From the human T2T-CHM13v2.0 reference genome, Homo sapiens, in the NCBI RefSeq assembly GCF_009914755.1, contig NC_060932.1: a stretch of DNA of 64,000 nt. One strand, written 5' to 3'. The notes under the pieces were generated by a model that worked only from the letters and a program-made list of their open reading frames with translations, ran no database searches and had not been told where the DNA came from. Positions 13,302 to 27,883 of this stretch are shown here, in pieces. Each line of letters starts with the position of its first letter. The first letter of the stretch is position 1. A program made the translations under genes and the position numbers.

Positions 13302-15189
13302 GCCTGGAAATAGAATTACAGAGGCAATAAAAGTGCCATTAAATAATTTGCAACTCAGAACATGTTGTCTCACAATGATGTGGAGGATGAGCTGGAGACT
13401 AGGAAACCTCATATGCTATTGCTGTGACACAGGCTAAAATGACATGCAATAAACAACGAGCAACTGAAACAGTGAGGCAGGGATAAAATTTGACGTACAT
13501 TTTAATAATCAAATTTTGATGACTTGGTAATTCATTAGATGTGAGATGGGGTTTAAGAGAGGTAGCTATCAAAAATCATTGAGGCTAATATATGCAAAAA
13601 ATTGTCAGGACACAGAAGATGGGAGGATGTCTCAAAGAAATTGGATTCATTAAACATTTACCCTGCGCTACCTAGCTTTCAGTTTAATGACCACTCTCAG
13701 ATATTAAATACTTTTATTCATATGTGAAATTTCTTTGGTGTAGTTATTGTAAATCTAACTGAAGATGAAGCATATTATGATTTAATAACTCTATTTTGGC
13801 CAGGAAGCTTTTTGTGATCATTTGCATAACATATTATGAATATTTCAATTGAAAAGAAATCAACACAACAGCTGCTATATGGTCTTCTTAAAGATATTTT
13901 GTTATTGTTTCTTGTAGGATTTAGTTTCCCAGAGGAATATGGAAGTGTTATCCAAATGCAGTGTTGTTTTTGTTATTTCCACTACTACAGGAAATACGCC
14001 TCCTCTAATTAGCCATCATTGGCTGCATTTTTATGAGAAAACAACAAGATTACCCTTCTGTTAAGAACACTTTATGCTGAGCCTTACCATAGCATACTGT
14101 AAAGAACCTGAACGTGGATTCGAGGTGTACATCAGTATATGGAATTGTATGGAATTATGAAAGTTTAGCTCATAATACAGTTCCTGGTTATCAATTTTTT
14201 CGTTTAGATACTGGTTATTCTATTTTTATTAATTATGCCTTAAAAATAAATCTGATTGAGATTTCTTTTCTCACCAAGCCTGAATATGAAAATTTAACCT
14301 TTCATTGTATCGTGGTTGACATACTGATAAAATATCATAAAAGTTAGTTGCCGAATCTGTTAAATTAACTGAGCAACTAGGAAGCAAAATGATTTTTGCT
14401 ACCTTTCCCCAAGAGATTACAATAATGTACTGTTCCCAGAATATATCTTTTTCTAGAGATACTTAAGCATCAACTTTAGGCTTGATGCATTTAATATTGT
14501 ATGCTTGTGAGTGTTTATGAAAGCCATATCATCTCTAAAGAAGGAGTTAATTTTCACATATCTCTTCAATGGCTAAACATAAGAGAGTTAAGGAAAATAA
14601 TAAAAGAAGAGTTAACAATCAAAACCTAAAAAATATCACAATTACTTTCGGACAATCTCTTCTCTCCATAAAACACAAAGGAAATCTTGAAAAAATCATA
14701 TTAATTGAAGAATAATGAGAAACTCTCTCCTGAAACAGTGACTTTAATCCTGCAAGCTGGGCATGTGCTTTCCTTGCCAGAGCATCAACAATATTGATCC
14801 TTAACTTACATTCCTCAACACAAAGCTGGTTCTAGTTGCTCAGTGTCATAAATGGCCCGCAGCAAAACGATGAGATTTGGATTATATTTTATCAGTTAAT
14901 GTAAAAATTAAAAGCAACAGTAATTTATGTAAAACTCCTAAAGCTGCTGATAGAACCAATAATGGAATAAAATTAAGAGGGAGTTGCAAGGTGGCCTGGA
15001 TGCTCAAGCACAGCTGAAAGATGTTCTTTGTGCCCACTTCACTCACCAGCACAAAGATCACCTCACTTTTTTCTCTAGCTCCATGGAATTGTTTAGCTCT
15101 GTATATACACATGCACATGCATACATGCATACATATTTTAGACACAAATAAATACACTGCTTCACTTCCTCTCAATAAAGAACACGCTG

Positions 15190-15331
15190 AGCCAGGCATG
15201 TCAACTCGCGCCTATAATCCCAGCTATTCAGGAGGCTGAGATGGGAAGATTGCTTGAGATCAGGAGTTTGAGATCAGCATGGGCAGCACAGTGAAAGCCC
15301 ATTTCTAAAAATATATAAATAAATAAAATAA
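15190..15331 (+). mobile_element. FLAM (free left Alu monomer)
   Basis: Single Alu-like monomer with an A-rich tail. Confidence 0.8.
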
Positions 15332-15339
15332 GGGATGCG

Positions 15340-15695
15340 CTCTTTAGCTAGGGCAGCACCTTCTATAGACAGCTCCAGCTATCTGCTTCTTGTGGGTCAG
15401 CCTCAGCTGCAGAGAGCTGCTGTCCCCTGGCATAAGTCCTCCTTTCCACAGCCTAATCCAGGTAACCAAGCAAGGCAGGGTATAAGGGCTGTCCATTTCC
15501 ATCCAATGCAGGTCATTCTGATGGACAATACTCACTCCATACTGTCCTACCATGTTGGCTGAGGCTCTTGTTGACCTTGCACTGCAGATTGACTTCTTCC
15601 TTTAGTTCTCCTTTCTCCTTTGCCTTTCTCATGCTTTAAAACCTGGTAGAATTCTCAACTCCGTATTGGCATCTGCTTCTGGAGAAACAAGACAG
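15340..15695 (+). mobile_element. LTR16-like ERVL LTR
   Basis: CAGCCTCAGCTGCAGAGAGCTG...GGCATCTGCTTCTGGAGAAAC resembles LTR16. Confidence 0.6.
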
Positions 15696-16861
15696 CAATA
15701 TATGTGGCCAAATAACCCCCAAAATACTCAGTGATTAGCAATTATTTTAAATATAAAAATAGTATTTTAAGAGCTAATTGAACCAAGGAGCAACAACTTA
15801 CAAAACCAGAACAAGAGCAACAGCAATAGGAACACATCTATGCAGATCTTGTTTGGCCAACATGGTATACACATATAAACAGCTTTTACTAGATAACTGT
15901 CAAGTTAGAAAATGTAAACTCTTTCATACCATCCCAGACAAATGTATAATATAGGGAAAAAAATCATAAAGTGGGAAATTTGGGAAAGATCAATATGAGA
16001 CTTCTCTATAGATGGACCCTACAAAAGAGCAGTTGCTTGTGTATACCAGAAATATATGTGTTCAAGAGCAGGTTTCTACATTCAAATATATCATATTTAA
16101 ATTCTGTAGTTAGCCAACATGCTTCAATCCTCTTACATGTGTGTTCACCTCACTGTGCATATCCTACACACCAAATTATTTGCTTAAGCGTAAAATATGT
16201 ATTGTGTATCTACTTTATATTAAATACACATATACACTTATAGGCACTGGGAATACAGAAAACTCATTGCTGTCCTCAGAAAACTCACAGTGGGAGAAAA
16301 ACTATAAAAACAATAAAATAATAATTGGTGGGTTCGAGTAACCAAAGGATGCCATGACAACAAATAGAACCAAAGGTTAAAAACGATTAAGCAACTGAGC
16401 ATATGTCTCCTTCAGGAGTCTGTGTCTGAACTGAAGTGTGAATCATGAGTGTGTTCATTAGGACAGGATTAGGGAATGTTGGGAAACACAAGTTCAGGTG
16501 GGTTATTTTAGATAGCGCTTGCCTAATAATTGACTATGAAGAAAAGAAAAATTTGAGTAAAATAAAAACACTCATTTAAATATTGGAGGGACTTGAACAA
16601 GTTGTTACATTCAAAAGAGAGGGGGAAAATACAGGAGATATGGAAAAGGGTAATCCCCCTCCAAAACTAGTCGGAAGTAATATCCCGTGGCACAATGAGT
16701 AACGTCTTTCTGATAAATTACCTTTAAGTATTTTGGAAAAGAGGCCTCTTTATTAATGTTCTTCCATATCTGACCCGCTGAACTGCATAATGGGAGGTAG
16801 GATGAATATAAATGTAGCAGTTAATTAGCGAGGGGGCTAGGTTTTGAAGGAAGAGGTCTCT

Positions 16862-17214
<353 letters not shown>

Positions 17215-18608
17215 TAATAGAAATAAAAGACTGTGATATTTGGAAATATTTATGATGGGAAAAGAAAATATTATTATTTAAGATTTTAGAAAACTATGTG
17301 GTTGATTGACCCTGTTCGTGTATACATCAGGTTGTTGGTGCTGGAATTAAAGGAAGAAAGTGAGGTAGGATTTATTTCCTACTCCTATTTCATAGGAGTA
17401 GCCTATGAAATTGGATCACAAAGAAAATCATCATCACTACCCATACTGAACTTCAACCAACATAGTGAAAACTGGAAGATTTCCTGAAGGTATTGTACGG
17501 ACACAACCACAAATCCTTCAAAATAATGATGATTACAAAGAAAGAAAAACAGAATTAACTATTAACATACAAGCAGAAAAAAAGAATTATCATTGATGAA
17601 ACACGGAAATTCAGGAAGAAAACAATGGAAATAATACATGTGTGAAATATTAATAAATATTGGCTCTAAACAATACTGTTCTGTAGGGTTTCAAAATATT
17701 TAAAACAAAATATAAAATATGTAACTAAATTTAAACATGCTTAAAACTAAACTGTGAAATAACAACATTGCAATCATTGTTGTCATCAATGTCAGGATCA
17801 ATGTCAACAAAGTGTATCAGTGTCAGTGAAGTGTATCCAGGAAGTGTATCAAAGCCAGGATCTGCTCTACCTCTGCCCACACCCAGACCAGCATTATACA
17901 AGTATCCCCCCAGGATGTGAGCAGCCACAGAAAACACAGGTTTCCCACCAGTTTCCTGCTGAGGGCTGTAGTAACTCACAAGAAGGAGCAGGCTGCCAAA
18001 ATTTCTCATCCTACTAGCTGGGCTAAATAGACTTTGAAGCAAGAGCAGCTGGGAGGGGGGATATCTCCTCCACACCCCCACTGCTAGGACCAAGGTCAAC
18101 AACAGGGATGGCAGACCAAGAATAATGGGGCCCCGCTAGCCCTTGCCCTAGCTCATTTACAGGGCAGAGTCCCTGCCAAGAGAAGCAAGCCAGAAGAAAA
18201 GAGACAGGCTTGCTCGCACAGCGACCAGCTCACAAAGCAAGTGTGTCACTGAGAAAGTGGGCCACTCTCCCTGTGCCCTGCTGTGGAGCTGTGATGCAGA
18301 GCTGTGTGCACGAGGAGAGTGGGTCAAAATGGAAGGGAGCTCCACTGCTCTCCTCAAGTAAACTGACTTCATTTGGAACAGAATGCGGGGAAGTAGGAAA
18401 TAGGGTACGCTTACAAACAGTGGAGACCATGGTGATAAACAATTATAAGGAGGCTGGAAGCTCTGAGAAGACAAGCTATACTGTAAGCCAGATACAAAAT
18501 CGGCAAAGACCTAGGAAAATGGATAGCTAAGAAGATCCCTCCTGGGGTTGGACCAGACCTTAAAGAATAATTTCAAAGAGAGAACTTCAGAAAATAGGCC
18601 CACATCTG

Positions 18609-18928
<320 letters not shown>

Positions 18929-18964
18929 TTAACTGTATCAGACTGTGAAACAATGTATGTTCAT

Positions 18965-19640
18965 TGATGAAATAATTATAAAATTAGTGGCCAAAAGAAT
19001 TATTAGAAACAGAAAATTTTCATAGTTTCAAAGTACTTCTTCATAAGATACTTACTAATTACAAAGGGAAAATAATAACTTTACAATGGAGAAAACTGTT
19101 GGACAACACCCTAACCAGGTGAGTCAAAAGGATATGACCCATAGGCAGTGTCACTGACCCATGTGTGTGTACTGAGATGTGTGTACTGAGAAGGAGGCAA
19201 TGCTACTTTGTGGTTTTCTTGCCCCAAAATTAATAACCTGAATTTTATCATGAGGAAACATTATTAAAGCCCAGTCTGAAGCTCAATCTGTAAGATAACT
19301 GGCCAATTCTCTTCAACAGCGTAAGGGAAGACTGAGGAACGGGATCAAGTTGGGGGAGGCTGTGGAGTTAGCACATCAATGTGCAATGTTGTTTCTGAAT
19401 TGGATTCTGGCCCGGGAAAAGGACGTTAGTGAACAATCAGTAATGTGGATGTGATTTTTAGACTATTTAGTAGTATCCCATTGATGTGGATTTCCTGATT
19501 ATAGTAATTTTGTTGTTGTTGCATGGAAAGTGAAAATTTGGAGATGCTGAGTGACGATATAGAAAAATGCATTGTACTATTTTTGCCACTTATTTCTGGC
19601 TAAAATTTATGCAAGAAACCAGTTAAAAATATAAAAATAT
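18965..19640 (+). mobile_element. L1MC4/5-like 3' UTR fragment
   Basis: ATTACAAAGGGAAAATAATAACTTTACAATGGAGAAA...ATCATGAGGAAACATT motifs. Confidence 0.65.
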
Positions 19641-19699
19641 TTTAAAACAAACACAAATAATAAAAGTAACTCTTCCCCTTCTATTAAAACAAATACACA

Positions 19700-20249
19700 G
19701 GCTATGACACTACATACCCATCTGGAAGGCTGAAATGAATAAGACAAAGCTCGTTGTCTATAACTTTGTGGAGTAACTGGAACTCTCAACACAGTAAGTG
19801 GGAGGGTAAATTTATACAACCATAGTGGAAAACATTTTGGCAGTATCTACTAAAGGTTCACGCGTGCCAGTCTTACATTATAGGAAATCCACTCCTAGTT
19901 AAATGCCTAACACACATTTACAAGGATGTTTACTCCAGTATTATCCAAACTCCCAGAGAAAACAGGCCAAATGCTGATCAGCAGTGGAACAGATAAGTGC
20001 AACATGCTCCATTCACCAATGGAACATTCAGACAGCAATAACTATAATTATACAAAACCATATGCATAAATATCCTAAACATAATGTTGAACAAAAGAGT
20101 ATATACCCTATATTTCCATTCATATGAATTCCACATATGGGAAAAGCGTATCTGTGATTTTTGACTTCAGGAGACTGTTATTTTGGGGTAGGTAATGTCT
20201 GGGAGGAGGCACAGGATGGCTGGTGCAGTTTTCTGTTTATCTGGTGTGC
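19700..20249 (+). mobile_element. L1ME-like fragment
   Basis: TTTGGCAGTATCTACTAAAG...AACATAATGTTGAACAAAAG motifs. Confidence 0.6.
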
Positions 20250-20699
20250 TGTGAAAGTTGATTATCTGAATTGGGTCATTCTTTTTATAACCAACTAAAT
20301 CAGAATCCAGGGGCCAGGAGTGAAAAGTGCTCAGGGTACATAACATTGCTTTGGAAATGTAATTGTCTAAAAATCCAGTGGCTAAAATTACCTGTTGTAA
20401 GCTGAGACCAGTTTTATCTATGGCTGCTAGGATAGTATGCTACAACTCTAGGACTGATTTTGACAACTAGTCACCCACCAATGGAGCTTGCCAACTCCTC
20501 AGAGCTCACTTAGTCCTAATGAACTTTCTCTCAGGACCGCATGTAAACTTCATCTTCTTAAGAACACTTCCAACCTTCTTTTTGTCCTTTAGACATACAA
20601 AAAATACTCGGTCTTTATGCATGCCTCCAAATGCCATTGTTTCTTCTCAAATAAAATGTTAAATTTACAGATTCATTTGTATATTATTTTAACTTCAAT
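20250..20699 (+). mobile_element. LTR47-like solo LTR
   Basis: Starts TGTGAAAGTTGATTATCTGAATTGGGTCATTC; AATAAA near 20650. Confidence 0.65.
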
Positions 20700-20789
20700 A
20701 TAACTTTGTAAAATTTATTAAACTGTCTTTACAATACTTTGTATATATATATATGTATATATACACACAAATATATGTTGTAATAAAAG

Positions 20790-21042
20790 TTTGGGGAGGC
20801 TGAGGTGGGCAGATCACGAGGTCAGGAGATTGAGACCATCCTCGCTAACATGGTGAAACCCGGTCTCTACTAAAAATACAAAAAACTAGCTGGGTGTGGT
20901 GGCAGGCCCCTGTAGTCCCAGCTGCTCAGGAGGCTGAGGCAGGAGAATGGTGTGAACCCGGGTGGCGGAGCTTGCAGTGAGCAGAGATCGCGCCACTGCA
21001 CTCCAGCCTGGGTGACAGTGCGAGACTCCCTATCAGAAAAAC

Positions 21043-21075
<33 letters not shown>
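20790..21075 (+). mobile_element. AluY-like, slightly 5'-truncated, (AAC)n tail
   Basis: GAGATTGAGACCATCCTCGCTAAC and GAATGGTGTGAACCCGGG...GAGCTTGCAG; AAAGTTT on both flanks. Confidence 0.92.
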
Positions 21076-23129
21076 AGTTTTATTTGTTTTCTAAATATGT
21101 ACATATAGGATTTTCCTAAATCTTAACTTGTTTTTCAGCTATTGCTTTGTCTGTCTCCTATTCATCTTTCTGTTTCTCGCATTTATCCTTCAAACTACTG
21201 TGCTAGGTCTTCCATCTACATTATGATATTAAATCATTCAGTGCTTTCTAATGACCAGTAACGAGCTTTTAAATTCAGTATTTGGCATTTTTTTTCTGCC
21301 TTCTGAATCTTGAAACCCTTCTTGATTACTTTACTTCTTTTTCCAGAATTCCATGTGAATGAAGCTTACTTTGCCAGGTATTCTGTTAAGCAGGAAATAA
21401 GTATCACTAAATAACAGAAAATGCACTGACTAAATCAGCATAGGGGAATTGTCAAACATTTTAGAGATGGGGGAGAAATGGAAATTGCTGCAATTGACTT
21501 AAAAAGCTTTTCTTTGTCATCTCAGTCCTCATGACCTCCGTGATTGTCCTCATACCTGTGCAGCATGGTCTTGCCTCAGGGCCTCGGCCCTGTATGGACC
21601 TCCTGGGGAAGGTGGTACACCCAAGAATCTTCAGGGCACCCTCACTCGTCTCTTCAGGCCTCTGTGAAAATCAGCCTCCTTCCACACCTGATAGAATGGG
21701 TCTCCTCACCTGCTTCTTCCTTCCTGTGTTCAGCATTCCTCACCACATATGTTCTGATAGTGGTTTTTATTTGTTTACCCTCTCTAACTCCCTTTAGCAT
21801 CATTAATGCAGGTATTTCCTCCTGTTCATTCACCACAGTAAGCTCACTGCTCAGAGCGGTGCCGTTGAGCTATTTAGAAGGATGTCAATCAATGTCTCTT
21901 GAACTCATGGAATATTGGTTGAATGTTGATTCTTTCATAAGAACTTTGTCAATTGCATGTGGAGGTGAAATATTGTATTATTACATTGAAATATCCATTA
22001 AATTAAGAATTAGATTACATTAAAAGAATAAAGAGAAATAATAATTGGGTGTGTTCAATTCTAGGAATGAAAAGATATAAAAAAGAAAACCGAGTTAATA
22101 AAGGCTTTGTGGAAGACAGAAAGTTTGAGAAGCAACATGCCAGGTAAATTAAAGTAGTATTTGCATCAAAGAGAACTAATGTACAAGAAAATCTTATTTT
22201 TATCTGGCATATAATGAGAACAAGCAATGCTGTCATGTCTGAATATTACTTCATCTTAGTAATTCATATGACATTTAATCATTAGCTCATAAATACACAT
22301 AAATTCCCATTCAAAGAGATTTGAATGGATGATATGTTAACTTTGTTCTACACCTAAGCAAATTAAAAGAGAGAAGAGAAATGACATGGCCAAGGTCAAA
22401 CAACAATTTATGATTAAACCCAGAAATTCCAATTTTTCTGAATTGTCACATCATCCTTAATGGCAGGCACTCATTCTTTCTCTATTGTAGACTTTGTCTG
22501 CCAATAATTTATTTTTGTTTATGTGTTTACAAAAATGCCACCAACATATAGTTAGGACCAATCATTTCTTTGGATTTAGTCAAAAATGTTAAATTATTCA
22601 ATTAGAATTGGTGCTTCATACTTCTCTAAAATTAAGTTTAGCATTTGTTGACTTTTCAATCATTTAAAAATTCACAAATATATTTCAGCTTATTCTTCAA
22701 GGAAAATTTTAGGTAAAGAAACTCAGGAATTGAACTTGAAATCTCAGCACAGCTACTTCTATTCATATTCCAAAGTGAGGAAGGGCTTATAATATTTTTG
22801 AGATTAAAAGAGGAGATAACATGCTCAAGGTCACGTAAGCAATAGTCAGGTCAGTATTTGATTTCTATCCTGAATGATTCCAAAGCTCTTGACTTTTTAT
22901 ATTGCTGTGCTTTTCCTTAGAAGAGACTGAATACTCCAGCCTAGAGAATATTCAAGTCCAACTAAAATGGCACTAACAAATTACCCCAGTATGGCCACAT
23001 TTGGACAAGATACCTTGAGCATCTTTTCATGCCAGGAAGCAAGAAAGTACTTAAATGAAAAAAGAAAGAAAACAGTGAAGGTAGGGGCCACAGAGTCAAC
23101 TAAAAGATGGCCAAAAAATGGAATAAGTT

Positions 23130-23925
23130 AATCACGAAAATAAAAAAGTACTATAGCCAAAGTATAAAATAAAATTCATGTATATATACTGATATAAATA
23201 AATGATTGAGTAAGTAATATATGTGAGAAAGAAGACAAATTTCTTGTACAGAAGAAGTCCAAATAATTAATGTAGATGTTTTAGTTTCAAGGAGGAAGAA
23301 CATAACCCCCTATCCCTTAAGTGTAAGCATAATAGCTTTCTTCTATAGCGTATGGTATGAAAAGGATGGGATGAGGAAAAGCCACTTCACAGTGCAAAAA
23401 CCTGACAAACACTACCTCAGCCAGGTGACCAAGCTCCATATATCAGTAGTAAGTCACACCGATAGTGTGTACCCTTGAGATAACGTGATGAGAATGACAT
23501 TTTACCTCAAAGGTTTTGTTTCTGTGAACCAAACCCCTAACTCTGGTCTAATCATGAGAAAACCATTAGACAAACCCCAAATGAAGGACAAAATACCTGA
23601 CCAGTACTTCTCAAAATTATCACTGTCAATGTCAGATTAAACAAGGAAAGTCTGAGAAACTGTCATGACACATCAAAGGAGTATTTGATGATACTTCCTT
23701 GTATCATCAAAGAAGACAAGGTAAATAAATGAAATATGGTATCATGAATGAGATCCTGGAATAGAAAAAGCATATTAGGTAAAAACGAATACAATCTGAA
23801 TAGCTGAGACAAATGAACACTTGTAATAAAAGATGTCAGTAATACTGGAAACTAGATGTGGGGTACATGGGAACACTTTGTACTATCCTTGCAACATTTC
23901 TGTCTATGTGAAAGTGTTCTGAAAA
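23130..23925 (+). mobile_element. L1MC/L1MD-like 3' UTR; its A-rich tail appears to resume at 26151-26180
   Basis: AAAACCTGACAAACACTACCTCAGCCAGGTGA and GGAAAGTCTGAGAAACTGTCA; similar to 11000-11780. Confidence 0.75.
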
Positions 23926-26138
23926 TTTTTTTAGATGCTTTAGGACTTTAATGTTCTTCACATATTCAACATAAAATACTGACAATAGATAAACAATAGG
24001 GGAAAGACTTTTCAGCAAAGTATCACTGTCGTCGTTAAACATTACAAAGAAAACAGTCAAGAAAAGAAAGGATAAGATTATTTAACAGAAGTGCTTAGTT
24101 TAATGGCATAATTAAAAAACAACCAACCTGTCAACTTTATCTTCTACCTATGGAAATAACAGTAAAAATGAATCAAGAACTTCTAGATCTTTTTCATAAA
24201 ACAGCTTGAAAAGAGGAAGGGGAAGACTAGGGAGGGGGTGAAACTATTACTAATGGAATGCTATGATGCACAAAGTCAAGGATTTAATAAATTCTAAAAG
24301 TCTCTACATGTATCAGTGATAACCGTATTATTAGAAATATAAATTCATAGAAATATAAAGCATATGGTATTAACAACACACCTTGCTAATATAAACATAG
24401 ATAAAGTATGTAACTTCTCTTGTAATAACAGTATAAACATTGATCTACAGTTTTCCCTTTGCCTGGTACTCTTAAACCACTACTCCAATGATTAATGTTG
24501 ACCTTGAATCAACAGCCGCTGAACCCAGGAGACCCCACAGATGTCTAGATTCAGCACCTAGAGGGCCCCATCTACCTCTGTGCTGTGTGTTCCCATGACT
24601 CCAGAAATACTTAATTGCAACTTGCATTATTATATCCACAGGCAGCTTTTAAATCTAACTAGAAAGAGTAGCAGCAAAGGCAAAATAAGCTGGAATTTGT
24701 TAGAAAAGCAATGAGATTTTTGAAAATGCTTCCAGTTCAAATCAGAATTAAGGTGAACATTACTTCACACCAGCTTTGCAGAGCTGTAGATGTTTTGCTG
24801 TTGTTCTTTCAAAAAAGAAAAATCTATAATAAACATGTTCATTTGAGAAAAAATACTGTGTTTGTTAACTTTTTGTAGCCATCCCCAAGTTACTTTAAAC
24901 TTTGTATGTTGTTTAATAACAGAGTATATTCTGGTTAGGATGTGTTCATAGCTGACGCATCTCCAAAAATTTTTTCATGAAGGCGGCCAGCTCCTGAACA
25001 TCTTCAATTGTGACAGAATTATACAGAGAGGCCTGGATGCTTCCCACAGACCTGTGCCCTTTCAAGGACAACATATTGAGTTTCAAAAGCTTTATCGAGA
25101 AATCTTTTTACTAAAGCATCATCTCCTTTGACATTGCCAATGCAGAACGGAATATTCATCTTGCTTCTATTTTGGGTCTCCACTGGACATACGTAGAATC
25201 CTTGAGAATTATCAGTAATCTCATAAATCATTTGGGATTTGATGGAGCTAAGCTTCTCCATGGCAGCAGCACCTCCATTGTTTTTAGTCCATTCCAGGAG
25301 CAAGCCCATGATGTAGATGCTGAAACATGGAGGCGTGTTGTACGAGGAGCTGTTTCCAGCCTGCACTTTGCATTCCAGTACTGAAGGGGACTCTCGGAGG
25401 GCAAACCCCAGTTGGTCATCACGGACTATCACCACAGTGACCCCAGCAGAGCCAACATTCTTCTGGGCACCAGAAAAAATCACATCAAACTTGGAAACAT
25501 CCACTGGCTTCGACAGGAAGTTTGAGAACATGTCACAAACCAGTACTGCTCCTTTGACATCGGGTATAAAGTCAAATTCCACGCCATGCACCGTCCCATT
25601 TGCACAATAATACACGTAGGAGGCTTCCGGGTTGAGGTTCCAGGTGCTTGGATCTGGAATTTAGGTATAACTCCCAAGTTTAGAGTGAACAATATTTATA
25701 GTCCCAGGCTTCTTCTACAGCCTTAGCTGACCAAGCTCCTGTCACCACATAGTCCGCACTCCTTCCTGCTTTCAAGCCAATCAACTTTAAGGGGACAGCA
25801 CTGAACTGGCTCGACCCACCTCCTTGCACAAAAATCACCTCGTAGTTGTCTGGAACAGCTAGCAATCCCCGCACAGGATTCTCTGCATTGTTAATAATCT
25901 TGATAAAATCTGACGGCCTGTGACTCATTTCAAGAATACTAATGCCAATTCCTTTGTAGTCTAATAATTCCTTTTGTATCTCTAACAACACTGAGTGTGG
26001 CAGCTTGGCTGGACCAGGCCCAAAGTTGACTACCTACCTCGGGGCGTCCATGCTGCGGCAGCGTGTGTGGCGAGTCAGCCAAGGAGGACTGAGCATGTGA
26101 ACTGCGAGCGTTCCCGGCCGCTGCGGTGCGAGTCTGAC
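23926..26138 (-). pseudogene. PSAT1 (processed pseudogene): Full-length processed pseudogene of phosphoserine aminotransferase PSAT1
   Basis: Intronless minus-strand copy. ATG at 26051 ([27 protein letters not shown]), PLP-lysine motif SGAQKNVG, original stop TGA at 24948-24946. Lesions: TAG at codon 6 (26036-26034), ~8-bp deletion near 25707, TAA at 25663-25661, +1 frameshift near 25082. CDS span is 1106 nt versus 1113 for a 370-aa protein. ~1 kb 3' UTR, ATTAAA at 23952-23947, short poly(A) remnant 23932-23926, TSD TGTTCTGAAA(A)TT at 23915 and 26139. Confidence 0.97.
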
Positions 26139-26259
26139 TGTTCTGAAATTAAAAAAAAAAACAAAAAAAAAAACAAAAAACAGTGTGCATAAAACACATG
26201 CTTATGTATATGATCAAATGATATTCAACAATTTATAAATATTACATAAACGATTTATT

Positions 26260-26420
26260 TTAACAACCCAATGGTGGGTGCTATCATCATCTCCATTCCA
26301 TTCCCCAGATGAAAAAACTGGGTCTCAGGGATGCTCTGTAACTTGTCCAAGATCAGAGAGCTCAAGCACATGTCTGGTGTGTCAAACTGTCTAGCCTGGA
26401 TTTCGGGTCTGTATCCTTCA
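26260..26420 (-). mobile_element. MIR SINE (degenerate)
   Basis: CCCCAGATGAAAAAACTGGGTCTCAGGG...AACTTGTCCAAGATC. Confidence 0.6.
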
Positions 26421-27465
26421 ACTGTATAGTGTGCTGTTTTTGGTATATAAAACTTTTATCCAGCCTAATTTCTGAATTTTCATTTTTCTTTATGAAAGTA
26501 TTTTGCTATTTAGAATAAAATACGTTTTAATTCTATTCATTTTATACTTAAGGAAGTTTGTCTCTAGGCTTTATAACCATATTTTAGTTTTGTTGTAAAC
26601 AGGAAATGACAAACAATGAATTTGATGTCTGACAACATTCAAAAGGCTTGGAAGAAACAGCTTATAAAGCAGCTTTTTGATTGCCTAAGGTAAAACTCAT
26701 AGAAAGATCAGATTCTTTCCTGTAAGATTTACTTAGGAATGAAATAATGCTAGGGAAAAATAAGTATGGACAATGAAATTTAAATTAGGAATCAAAATGA
26801 AAAGCATAATAATTTAAACACCTTGATGTTTTTTAATTGCTATATAAAAAGAAGACATTGACTAGGTTGTGTGTGGGGGGAGGGGGTATGACTTTAAGAA
26901 ACAACAGGACTGCCATCTCTCCCAACTGGGGGACAATGGCTCGTGAATATACAGGGCACTGACACTGATGCCATCAAGCAAAAGCTTTCCTTAAGGCATA
27001 TTCATCTGGCCCATCCCTAAGGTTACAAAATATTTCGTACTCATGGTACATGGGAGATGGCAAACTGTTATTAAAATGTCAAATATCTTCCTAAAGAGGA
27101 AGAGTTTTGCATACAAATCAAGAATGAAAACCATTTGTAAATCAGCGTTTTTTGCTTGTTTGCTTTTCTATGAAGTGTCTTTTGTAGCTTAAGGAAGGAG
27201 AGTATTTCAGTTCAGGATGAAAAATCTGAAGCATGGTGACAGAACGTAACAATTATTCATTCACTGAGAGGCAAAATAATCATTTTTAATACAAATGTTG
27301 AGACGTGTGAAAGTAAAATCTATTCCTCTAGAAAGTATGTAGAAACAGATGGAGTTTATATATAAACAAAATACATTATCGTTCCTTATATTAGTTTGAG
27401 GTTTGGTAATTTTACAAAACAGACCTGCTTTTTAGAGGAGAAAGTGATTAAATCGTGCTTTCTTT

Positions 27466-27883
<418 letters not shown>

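Noticed and set aside
21531-22023. 159-aa and 88-aa overlapping ORFs
   Set aside because: No recognisable domain or convincing splice context; the region looks like degenerate ancient repeat sequence.
25019-25615. 198-aa PSAT1-like ORF with the catalytic lysine motif as a functional retrogene
   Set aside because: It starts at a GTG downstream of two stops and a frameshift, lacks the N-terminal third and has a frameshifted C-terminus.
26151-26180. A-run as the pseudogene poly(A) tail or evidence of an inverted retrocopy
   Set aside because: It is on the wrong strand and end and lies outside the TSD; it is better explained as the host L1 tail.
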